Shown: positions 24,528-35,672 of the stretch, one piece after another
Numbering within the stretch: position 1 is the first letter of the stretch
Layout of the letters: the number at the start of each line of letters is the position of its first letter
Source: Malacoraja senta
Lineage: Eukaryota
Assembly (NCBI GenBank): GCA_038087875.1
Contig: JAXLNO010002757.1
Span: forward strand, 248,001-312,000
Length of the DNA stretch: 64,000 nucleotides
Direction of reading: 5' to 3'
Made by a program: the position numbers and the translations under genes
Notes under the pieces: model-generated
What the model was told of the DNA's origin: nothing
The model's database searches: none
The model's input: only the letters and a program-made list of their open reading frames with translations

Positions 24528-26075
24528 AAAAAGATTGTGGTAATCTATTCCTTAAAACAGGCTTCTTTAAATACCTTGCATAGCCATGGAGACAATAAAT
24601 TTGAGAAAAACTTTAAAAATTCTACTGTAAACCCATCTAAACTGGGAGTTTTACCAGAATTCATTGAAAAATTGCTTTCTGTATTTCTTCTTCCGTGATG
24701 GGTTCATCTAACAACAGAGACTCATTGTATGGTAAATTTGGTAAGTTCAGTTTCTTTAAAAACTCATGCATTATATTGGAATCAGTAGGAAAATCTGATT
24801 GGTATAGGGAGGTATAAAATTCCTGAAAGGATTTATTAATTTCGTCATGGTCTACAGTTACTGTACCATCCCGTTTACTCACTCTAGTAATCAGACTCTT
24901 GGCCAACACTGCTTTCAATTGATTAGCAAGTAATTTACCAGATTTTTCGCCATTTATATAAAATTTACTTTTGGTTTTAAGTAACTGGTTCTCAATCGGT
25001 GATACTAATAACAAATCATATCTCAATTGAAGTTCAACTCTATTCTTATAGAGCTCTAAACTGGGAGTTATTAATATTTTTTATCAATTTCTTTAATCTC
25101 GTCAGCCAATGTGTGTATTTCTTTTTGTGTTTGTTTTTTTAATCCCGTGGAGTATGAAATAATTTGTCCACGAATATATGCCTTAAAAGCATCCCAAACT
25201 ATACCATTGGATATCTCTTCATTAGAGTTTGTCAAGAAGTAAAAAGCAATCTGATCTTTCATAAACTTAATAAAGTTTAAGTCTTGAAGCAAAGTAGCAT
25301 TAAATCGCCATTGTTTAGCACTAAACTTGGAATCAGGTAGTTTGATCAATAGTTTCACTGGTGCATGATCAGAAATAGCAATTGCATCATACTCGCATGC
25401 AATGACCGATGGAACTAGCTGAGAATCTAGTATAAAATAGTCGATCCTAGAATAACTATGATATACACGAGAGAAAAATGAAAATTCTTTGTCATTTGCG
25501 TGTAAGAATCTCCAAATTTCTAACATTCCCGAGTCAAGTAAAAAATAATTAATAAAATTAGCTGATTTATTTGGAAGCACATGATCAGATGTAGACCTAT
25601 CAATCGAGGGATTCAAACAGCAATTGAAGTCTCCACCCATTATTAAAAAGTGTTCATTTAAATTAGGAAAGGATGCAATTAACCGTTTAAAAAACTTAGG
25701 GTGATCAATATTTGGTACATAGACATTCACCATAGCGACTTTTTGCCTATAAAGGACACTGGTAATCACCACGAATCTGCCATATAGATCAGAAATTGCT
25801 TCATGGTGAACAAACGGAATTGAGGGGGTCGATAAAAATTTTACTTCGGAGTCACGTGAGTGACTACGTGAAGAAGCCCCGTCCAGCCGCACACGCGTCA
25901 TTATCGATCAGACGCATAGCGTTCATGACCGTGTGTGGAGGAGCAGCAGCTCCTCCACGCGGTGAGTAAAAGCAACATAAGTAGAAATCGGATAAGGTAA
26001 GTGCTTTCATTTTCACTTGCAGGGCGCTTTTCTTCCCGCTCAGACGTGTTGGCAGAGTTCCACACAAACTTAGAA

Positions 26076-29000
26076 ATGGAAAAAGGGCTTAGAGGAAGGA
26101 GAGGCCAGGGATGCACCGCAGGTAAAACCCCCGATGTTACGGGTAGCGGGCGTCAGGAAGAGGAGTTAGTGGCATCGAAGCCATCTACTCCCGTTACGGT
26201 CGAATGTGCCGTTAAACCGCCGGCGGCAGGGCGCAAGGCTGGACAAAAGTCAGCCCGACCTGTAGACTCAGAAGAGTCAGACCCGGAGGAATACCCTCCT
26301 GCAGAAAATGTTATGGCTGCAAGGGTCGCTAGCTTAGAGCTCCTAATGGGGAAAATGATATATAAAGAACCCCCACAGGAGGAAGCAGGTCGGTGTTGGC
26401 CAATGGAAGACACAGCACAGGGTGTGCCTTGGTTGGGACAGGCACAAGGGTGGCCTACAGGAGAGCCATCAGAAATGACTGTGCAAAGTTATTACAGTGG
26501 TTGGCCTACCGAAGAGCCAGTGCCCGAAATGCCTGGGAAAAGGCAAAATATGGGCTGGCCTACTGAAGAGCCAGTACCAGGAATGTCTCAAAGAAGACAG
26601 TACAAACGTACTTTTGTGCCAGCACCGAAAGTTCCTAAAGGGATAATGATGAAGCGTTGGCCTAGAATGGAGCCAGCGTCAGCAGCACCTAGAACAAGGC
26701 TGCCTACCCGTGGGACTATAGCAGAGCTTACGCAAGAAGATACTGGCATAGATTTACCTGAACTAGGGGATCCTGAAGTTACTCATCCTGAGGAGGAACA
26801 TCTAGACTCAGAAGATGAATTCTATGAGGATGAGAGCCCGGTATCAGAATTGAAAGTTCCTGGACTAGCACAAAAGTTTGCTGTCCCCAGAATAAAAGGG
26901 GAACCTTTGAGAGAGGAAATAGCAATGACTATCAATTATTTACTTTCCCATCAGCTCCAGGAAGTAACTATGGATGAGACTATGAAACAGTATGAGCCCC
27001 CGGCGAATTGTGAATTGCTCACAGTTCCAACAGTTAATAACTTAATATGGAATTATTTGAGCATTGGATTACGCTCACAAGAATTGAAATTGCAACATGT
27101 ACTGAAATTGCTGGGGTCAGGCATCACGGCATTTGCCAGAGGATTGGATGATGATTTTGTATCAGATTCACAACAAGATGCTTTAGCACTGATGTGTGGT
27201 GCTCATTTTGAAATAAATTGTATTCGTAAAAATGCAATAAGGCCAAATATTCATCCTAAGTATGCAGGGCTCTGCAAACCAACCCACATACAAATGCCTA
27301 ATTTACTGTTTGGAGAAAATCTATCCAAGAAACTAAAGGATTTGAATGAAGAGTCAAAAAACCTGAGTGGTATGATGATGCGACCACCAATGCTGAGCAG
27401 AGCGGTGCGAAGGCAGTATCCCTACAGGCGGAATGCTGGTGCTGGAGAAGGAACAAGCCGATCATTCTCGTATACACGTTGGCGTGCTGCACCGGGGATG
27501 CGTGGAGGTTACAATGTGCCTACCAGAAGAGCACAACAATGGCCGGAGGCAAACACCGAGGTAGGGGGTCCTGGTCTGGTAAGGAATATAAATGTTTCAC
27601 ATTCACAAATAGGGGGAAGGTTAAGATTCTTCCTAAAAGAATGGCAGTTAATAACAAATGATGCATATATTCTAAACAGCATTGTGGGATTCAAAATTGA
27701 GTTCTATTCACACTTGGATCCTCCAAGGCAGAAAAATTCAAGCTGGTCACGGATTTTCTCAAAAGAAGAGAATACGTTGATCAAAGGAGAATTAGAAATT
27801 TTGACCAAAAAAGGGATAATAGAAAAATCAGTAGAACAACACCATCAATTTGTATCAAATATTTTTCCTAGAACAAAAAAGGATGGTGGATGTAGAATCA
27901 TTTTGGATCTGACAAATCTTAACCTTTATGTACAATACAAACATTTCAAAATGGAAACATTTACTAATGCCATTCAGCTGATTATTAAAAATTTTTACAT
28001 GGCAAGCATTGATTTGAAAGATGCATATTACTCTGCGGCAATGCATGGTGATGATCAAAGGTATTTGAAATTTAGATGGATGGGTCAGTTGTGGCAATTT
28101 AAAGCATTGCCCAATGGTCTGTCTTCAGCACCAAGATTATTCACTAAATTACTCAAACCAATTTTAGCTCTTCTAAGAGCTGAGGGCCATGTACTAATGG
28201 CTTATTTGGACGATATTTTGATTGTAGGGGACACTTTGGCTGCTGCAAAATTATCAGTATCCAGGGTTAAATTCATTTTTGAGAAAATGGGTTTCATTAT
28301 TCACCTACAAAAATCAAAATTGTTACCAAGCAAGAAGATTGATTACCTAGGGTTCACAATCAACTCAGAACACATGGTAATCACTTTGCCAAAAGAGAAA
28401 AGGCTGCAGTTAATTGAAGGTTGCATCAAACTCATAAATTAGGACACACCTTCAATTAGAGAAGTGGCCAGCTTGCTGGGCAAATTGATTGCTGCGTTTC
28501 CAGCTGTAACATTTGGACCATTGCATTATCAATGTGTACAGAGAGCTAAGGTACAGGCTTTAAAAATAAATAAAGGGCATTTTGACCAGCCCATGAAATT
28601 AACAACTGAATCCATTACTGAAATAGAATGGTGGATTAACAATGTTTCAGATGCTTCAAAAAAGGTTCTGGTAGATTTACCATCCGTCACTCTACAGACT
28701 GATGCAAGTGCTCTTGGTTGGGGTGCTACTAACATGATTTCCAGCTGTGAAGGTAGGTGGAATGTGAATGAAATACCTTTGCTGGAAAAACAGGGAATCA
28801 ATTACCTAGAGTTATTAGGATCATTTCATGGTCTTAAAGCTTATTGCACTAATATGAGAAGTGTGCATGTCCAGGTACAGGTGGACAATACTACAGCTGT
28901 AGCATACATAAATCACATGGGGGGTATAAAATCAGAATCATGTGATAGATTGGCAAAAGAAGTTTGGACCTGGTGTATTGCAAGGAAAGTTTGGCTGTCA

Positions 29001-29486
29001 GCAATATATTTACCAGGAAAATTTAACACAATTGCGGACAAAAGATCACGTAAATTTAATGATAATACAGAATGGATGTTAAATCGGGAAATATTTACAA
29101 AAATTATAACACAATTTGGAATGCCAGATATTGATTTATTTGCATCAAGACTAAACCACCAATTGTCTAAGTATGTTTCATGGGAACCTGATCCTGGTGC
29201 AGTAGCGGTAGATGCTTTCTCGCTAAACTGGGGTGGTATGTTTCTGTATGTTTTTCCCCCATTTTGTTTAATCCACAAATGCATACAGAAAATTAAACAA
29301 TATTCAGCCTCAGGGATTTTGGTAGAACCAGACTGGTCTACACAGGTATGGTACCCATTGGTGTTAAAAATGATCAAAAAACCCCTTATGGTTATTCCAA
29401 AGCAGATTAAACTGCTTGTGAACCCGGTGACTAATGAGTCACATCCTTTACATAATCGTATTGGTTTGTTGATTTGCAGATTCTAA
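26076..29486 (+). CDS. DIRS gag-RT-RNase H-methyltransferase polyprotein with one premature stop (TAG 28440-28442)
   Basis: ORFs 26001-28442 and 28464-29486 are in the same frame. Motifs: GGRLRFF, DLKDAYY, YLDD, QTDAS (RNase H), DIDLFAS...FPPF (DAM-like MT). Copy 2 has E (LINEDTPS) at the stop position. Confidence 0.88.
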
Positions 29487-30469
29487 GAAGGCCATATCTT
29501 GGAAAAGGATTATCAGACCGTACGGTGGATGTTATGACAGCAGCCTGGAGGAATAGTACCCAGAAGCAGTACATTTCCTATATAAAGAAATGGGAGGAGT
29601 TTTGTTCATTAAACAATATTGCATATAACACAGTAGACATTTCAGATGTAATAGAGTTTCTTTCAACTCTACACTATGAATTGAAATTAAGTTATAGTGC
29701 AATTAATACTGCACGAAGTGCACTCTCGGCATATTTAAGCAGTGAATTAGAACAAACTCCAATTGGATCACATCCTTGGGTCTGTAGGTTTATGAAAGGA
29801 ATTTTCAACTCTAATCCTCCCAGACCCAGGTATACAGAAATTTGGAATGTAAAAGATGTACTGATGTTCTTAAGGAGTTGGAATCCAGTTGAAACCCTGT
29901 CATTATCCAAAATTACCATGAAATTGGTTATGCTTATGGCATTAGTTTCAGCGCAGAGAGTTCAAACATTACAGAAACTCAGAATTAATAGAATGAAAAT
30001 AGGGCAAAATGCCGTGACATTCTATATCTATGATTTACTGAAGCAAAGTAGACCTGGGTCCACAGGATGCAAGGTGGAATTTTTAGCATATCCTACAGAT
30101 TCACGACTGTGTGTAGTAACATATGTGAAATGTTACATAGAAAAAACAAAAGTTTTAAGAGGCGCTGAATTGGCATTGTTTATTAGTCATAAAAAGCCTC
30201 ATAAGAAAGTATCGACACAAACAATCTCACGATGGTTGAAACAGGTTTTGAGATATTCAGGTATTGATACTGATAAATTTAAATCTCATTCCACCAGGGC
30301 GGCATCAACATCAGCAGCCAGGGATTCAGACGTGCCAATAGACCTTATTCTCGCGGCCGCAGGATGGGCAAGTGAACAGATGTTTCACAAGTATTACCAC
30401 AAGGAGATTAAAGATCTCAGAGAGTTTGGTGATGCCGTGCTGGATACAGTATTAAATCCCCCATTATAA
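29474..30469 (+). CDS. DIRS tyrosine recombinase (first ATG at 29534)
   Basis: Catalytic set R (SAQRVQTL), HSTR, AGW and FHKYY is intact. Confidence 0.92.
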   Translation: MQILRRPYLGKGLSDRTVDVMTAAWRNSTQKQYISYIKKWEEFCSLNNIAYNTVDISDVIEFLSTLHYELKLSYSAINTARSALSAYLSSELEQTPIGSHPWVCRFMKGIFNSNPPRPRYTEIWNVKDVLMFLRSWNPVETLSLSKITMKLVMLMALVSAQRVQTLQKLRINRMKIGQNAVTFYIYDLLKQSRPGSTGCKVEFLAYPTDSRLCVVTYVKCYIEKTKVLRGAELALFISHKKPHKKVSTQTISRWLKQVLRYSGIDTDKFKSHSTRAASTSAARDSDVPIDLILAAAGWASEQMFHKYYHKEIKDLREFGDAVLDTVLNPPL

Positions 30470-32967
30470 ATGGGCCTAATTTTGTTACTTTTATAAAATA
30501 AAACCATTAACTGATTACATTCAAATGTTGTGGTTATGCATTGTTGCTTGTGCTTACTCAAATAGAGTCAATCGATGCAGTGAACACCTGGATTTGAATC
30601 CACGGTGTGAAATCACAGAGCTTTGAAATCTTCACGTACTCACTCACGTGACTCCGAAGTAAAATAGTAAGATTAAACGAGAACTTACCAAGTTTGAAGT
30701 TTGATCTTTATTTTATGAGGAGTAACGTTGAGGGATTACGTGTCCTCCGCTCCCACCCTCATAAAAAGATGAAGCTGGTAGTTCTAAGTCTCTATGCATC
30801 TTACTATCATACTTCAGTAATTATCGTCTGTGATTGTCACTCCGCTGCTTTGAAAGATTGACGCGTGTGCGGCTGGACGGGGCTTCTTCACGTAATCCCT
30901 CAACGTTACTCCTCATAAAATAAAGATCAAACTTCAAACTTGGTAAGTTCTCGTTTAATCTTACTATAGAGACTCCTTTCACCTTAGCCTGTGAATTTGA
31001 ATGAAACTGCTGTCCTCTCCAAAACTTGAAAAATCATGACTTGTCATCTTGCCTTACATGAGTTTCCTGAACAAAGATAATTTGAGCATTTAGTCTGTGA
31101 AGAACTTTTTTTTTAAAATCCTCTTAATGGGATGGTTCAAGCCATTCACATTCCATGAAAGGAACTTTATCCATATTGTTTGTAAAAATCATGTGGGATG
31201 TAATGTGTTAATTTCTTGAAGCCTAAAAGTTCATAATACTGGAAGAAGAAAAATCTAGGGCGGAGCCAGGTGACGACATCTCAGCCAATTTTGTAGTTCA
31301 GAATTTGCACAAATGGAGATCACTAAATAGGGAACAAAAGACCCCTCCCCCCTCCCCCTCCCACCCCTGTAGAACCCCAAACTGACCAAAAGACAGTCAG
31401 CAAACTACCTAATCCCCTCCCCAATCCCATATCTCCCAGTAACAGCGCTCAGCATAAAAAGAATAATATTTAATCACTACGTCATAACACATTCGTTATT
31501 ATCTCTTTGAGAGAGAAGAAAAAAAAAATACAGACTGGCATGGAATGTTGCTTATTATTATCCAAGGTCAAGATATGAAAAACAAGAACTGCGTTCTCTT
31601 AGTTTGTCTAACGACAGGGGAACACGAATTAACAAAGACATTCTTAAAAGAATATATATAAAAGAAAAACAACTCGTCCAGTTAAATTCTTAATCATTAC
31701 CAAACGAAATGTTGTCAAAATAGAAACAGTAAATCTCCAATTATAACTTAATCAGCTATCAATTACTCCCCTTCCTCGTCGTAGCTCTTCAGACGCAACT
31801 GGAGGCGTCTTGAGGACTGTTAAAAAATCGAAAGTTACCATTGAAAAGCCGAATACGCAATAAAGCTGGGCGCAGTTTTTCTTATACAAATCAGACATTA
31901 CATTATAAAAAGTCTTTCTTATTTCCAAAAGCTCGTAACTATAATCAGGGACAAACCGAAACTTACATCCTTCATATTCAACCACACCCAACTTTTTTGC
32001 TGCCTGGAGAATATTCTCCTTCATTTGAAAAAAATGAAACCGAATAATCAAGTGTCTCGGTTTATTACCGGATCTCTTCCCAATCCTGTGTGCCTTATCC
32101 AGGAACGGAAGGTTTTCATTGTGCTCAATGTTGAATGTTTCCTTTATCATTTTAGAAGCATATTTTATAACGTTATTTCCTTCTTGGCCTTCCGGCAAAC
32201 CAACAATTCGTAAATTCAACTGACGGCTTCTGCTTTCTAAGTCCATATTTTTAGACTTGTATTGCTGAAGTGCTCAAGTGTTTTCATTCATCTCCGTTCC
32301 AATTTTTCAATCTTCAAATCTCTCTCCTGTCCCAGGGTTCACAAGATATCAATTTGATCCTTTTGTTCACGAAGTTCATCTTGTAACAAAGACAGTTTTC
32401 CTTGGACTTCCTTCAATTTGGTCAAAACTCCTTTCACCATTTCTTCCAAACTGCCAAATCTTGTTTTCATTTCATTTTTCAGCTCATTTTTCAATTCATC
32501 GTTCATTTTCGATATTGCTTCTATGATGCTGGAATCAGAAGCTGCAGCTGTGGTTGTGGCTTTCCCCAGTTCCTCCGTTGGGGATCCTCCTTTCCTTCTT
32601 GTCTCCATCCTTTTCACGATTAAGGCGTGCAGGGTAGAAGCTGCAGTTTTTTAAAAGGGCAAGTTTTTATTACATACTATGTGGTGTGTGCCTGGAAAGC
32701 ACTGCCAGGGATGGTGGCGCCTGGGGTGCACCTTCGTGGTGCATGGAGATGCAGGGGTTTGAGGGACATGAATCATTTGCAGGCAGATGCTGCCTAACTG
32801 GTGTCTTTCCGACTGATCTGGAGGGATCTGATGGTCAGGCAGGGAATATTTCCAGTGACCCAATGGTGCTGAGTTCGCTGAATTTTACGGTGAATGGGAA
32901 TGCCCCTGTAATAGAGGAACAGGTCCTTTGTCCAACAACGTTTGTGCTGAACATGACGCAACCTGAG

Positions 32968-33200
32968 GCAGAGTGGCGCTGCTGATAGAGCTGCTGCCTC
33001 AGTGCGTCATACACATCAGTTCAATCCTAACCTCGGTTGTGGGCTGTGTGAAGTTTGCATGTATTCCCTATGACCGCATGGGTTTCCACTGTCCTCCAGT
33101 TTTCACACACATACTAAAGATGCCAGTTTTATGGGTTAATTGGTCTCTGTAATTTGACCCTAGTGTGGAAGCGAAAGTTAGATAACATAGAACTTGTGTG
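32968..33200 (+). mobile_element. V-SINE/HE1-like SINE
   Basis: gcagagtggcgctgctgatagagctgctgcctcagtg...gtgaagtttgcatgtattccc. Confidence 0.6.
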
Positions 33201-33231
33201 AACGAAACTATTTGAAGGAGTATTGAGTTTT

Positions 33232-33475
33232 TTGTTTAGTTTAGAGAGAGAGCATTGAAACAGACACTTCGGCCCCACTGAGGCCGCACCAACCAATGAT
33301 CACCCACATAAGCTAGGGACACAAGTCAATTAACCTACAAACCTGCACATCTGTCTTTGGAATGTGGGAGGAAACTGGAGCACCTGGAGAAAACCCATGC
33401 AGTCACAGGGAGAAGGTACAAATTCCGTACAGACATCACCCGTGGTCAGGATCAAACCCAGGTGTCTGGCGCTCT
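33232..33475 (-). mobile_element. V-SINE/HE1-like SINE
   Basis: gtttagtttagagag tail, then aaacctgcac...cagtcacagggagaaggtacaaattccgtacagac. Confidence 0.65.
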
Positions 33476-33609
33476 GCCTTTATATCTGGAAGGAAGATGT
33501 TATGTGGGATGAATCAACAGTTAAAGTGAATAAACTAGTTGCATCTTTCTGAGTCCTCTTCTCTGCTATGCCATTTCTTTGTTGTCTAATATTTAATTTC
33601 CCTCCTCAG

Positions 33610-33650
33610 ATTATCAAAATATTCAACCAAAGCAGAACGTGCACTGCTAA
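33610..33650 (+). CDS. Candidate terminal cytoplasmic exon of the MHC class I-like gene: (D)YQNIQPKQNVHC*
   Basis: Strong acceptor atttaatttccctcctcag|, phase 1 matching the TM exon; lies in unique sequence between SINEs; AATAAA at 33702-33707. Linkage to the TM exon is inferred. Confidence 0.55.
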
Positions 33651-34359
33651 CCAATCGCTGAGTAGAAGATTTCATGGATGTGATTAAAATGCAGGAACTG
33701 AAATAAATGGAAAGAGTTAAATTAAGTTTATCAAACATGACAGAAATTCTCAATAGACTGCCCTGCATTTGTACAAATTAGAGCTATCTAGCAATTTATG
33801 TTGATAACAGCTGATATGACTGAGGCCTCAACTCCTTTACTGTGCTTATTCCACATAAGACACAATTCCCTGTTCTTTTAGAATATATCCACGCATTATC
33901 CATCAATTCACCACCACATCATGCCTCTTTAATACATTCATAAGGTTAACTCTGTTTCTTGTCATCTCCAAGGGACACAGAACCAGTGATTTCAGCCATT
34001 CATGGTTAGGCAACACTTGCTTATTCCAGAAATCTCTTCTAGCTGATATCAAATATTAATATATCCTTTCTTAAATTTGAGGACCAAGCTGTGCACAGTG
34101 CTCCTGATATGTCCTTAGCAACATCATGTACCATAATTACAATAGTAACCTACCTTTGAATGCTACTCACCTTCTGAGTTGCATCTACCTGCTGGCTTTT
34201 TGTTTTGCACTTTAAGCACTTGAATCTCTTGTACTCCACTCATTTGCAATCTCACTCCATTTAGATAATAGCTTCCTTTGAATTGCTCTTACCAAAGTGT
34301 GTGAGCACATATTTTCCATTATTAAACTCCATTTGCCATGTTTATGTTCATCTAACAAA

Positions 34360-34621
34360 GAGTCATAGAGCCATATAGCATGGAAGTAGGTACTTCACCC
34401 TAATGCTCCAAGCTGAACAAGATGCTACATTTAGGTTAGTCACATTTGCCAGTGTTTGGCCCACATTCCTCTCAACATGTTTTATCCATGTACCTGTCCA
34501 AGTATCTTTTCAATGTTGTTATTCTGCCTTCGCTGGCAGCTCATTCCATACACCCAGTAATCTCTTAGTAGAAAAGGTTGCCTCTCAGGTTCCTACTAAA
34601 TCTTCCTCCTCACCTTAAACC
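34360..34621 (-). mobile_element. CR1-type LINE fragment (continues at 39675-39790)
   Basis: tcttcctcctcaccttaaac|c rejoins ttaaacctgtttttgctggttcttgattaccctaccctgggtaaaa after removing the inserted elements. Confidence 0.65.
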
Positions 34622-35245
34622 CAGGGGTGCAGTGCTGCCGGAGCTCACCTGAGCACCGATCCGGCACCTCTGTTAAAGAAAAAATAAACAGCGTGGAATT
34701 TTAACTAGTGGATGTGTGGTCGGGGTAACCTGATTAAAAGAGGGGTAAGGGGAAGATCCATCACTACTCGGGTTCCCTGTAGGAGGAGGGAACACTATGA
34801 TGCAGCAGAGACAGACCATGTGATGTGTGCATCGTTTGTGGTTGTGGGCCTGGAGCTGAGCCTGGAACTCTGGTGGGTGGGTGTGTAGGTGAATGGGTGT
34901 GAGGGTGAGAGTGTGTGTGTGTGAAGGCCCAGAGCTGCAGGATAGTCCGGGCGAGTCGGTGTCTTGCCGGCACCTCTGTAAAAATACATGATAACAGCCT
35001 TTTTCTTTACTTGCTTCATAATTATATTTCATGATAATCAGTGAGTGCAACCGTGCAATATTTTGTCATAATTAAATTAAGTATTATATGTTTTAAAGTA
35101 CTAGCTATACACTGGGATGTAGTAATAGGCTATAATCTTGTTTGACCCTCTAGGGAGACTAGCTTGCCCCCCCCCCCCCCCCAGAAAAATCTGAAATGCC
35201 CCTGTTTGACAGCTCCGACACCTAAAAAATTAGCATTGAACACTG
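34622..35245. mobile_element. Non-autonomous hAT-type DNA transposon (624 bp)
   Basis: 8-bp TSD cttaaacc at 34614-34621 and 35246-35253; termini CAGGG.../...CACTG; repeated subterminal ccggagct/ccggcacct motifs. Confidence 0.75.
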
Positions 35246-35672
35246 CTTAAACCTGTTTTTTTTTTTTTTTTTTTTTTTTTAAATAATTTTTTTAATAGAA
35301 GTACGGTAGATTACAGTAATGTACAACACGTATATATTAATACATTTTTTGTACCGCTTCACTTTTTTAAACTTTAAGAAAGAAAAAGAAAGAAGTAAGA
35401 AAAGTGAAGAAAGTGCGCAAAGGTTGTGAAGTGCAAAAGAGTGTTGGGAAAAGAAAGCCCCTTAGAAAAGAAGTTAGAGAAGGAAGTAAAGTTAGAAAAT
35501 AGACCCTAGAAAAGAAAGAGAAAGAAAGAAGGAACAATCGCTCTATTATAACTCTTATAACATACTTCATAGAGAAGGAACTACCAACCAAGTCTGTTTT
35601 TGTTTTACCTCCCATTACCAGGTCCAGATACCTTTTATTTATTTATTTGTTTTTCTAAATTACTATTGCACC

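Larger units (their letters stand above)
25840..30967 (+). mobile_element. DIRS1-type tyrosine recombinase retrotransposon, copy 1, complete
   Basis: Perfect 36-bp inverted repeat 25865-25900 / 30859-30894; internal complementary region 30631-30742 complementary to both termini; gag-RT-RNaseH-MT and YR ORFs; no TSD. Confidence 0.95.
19875..32670 (-). mobile_element. Near-full-length L1-clade LINE, disrupted and hosting nested CR1 and DIRS insertions
   Basis: ORF1 pieces 31752-32617 (DLESRSRQLNLRIVGLPEG); ORF2 EN 25071-25839 plus about 30968-31200 (MGGDFNC, SRIDYF, SDHAP); RT 21930-22573 (GTRQGCPLSP, YADD); C-terminal CX2C/HMFWSC region 20357-21271; T-rich 3' end near 19875. L1 sequence is continuous across both insertions. 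Confidence 0.92.

Noticed and set aside
29040-29400. Horizontally acquired bacterial DNA adenine methylase
   Set aside because: The DAM-like MT domain is a standard part of DIRS pol and occurs in all three copies.
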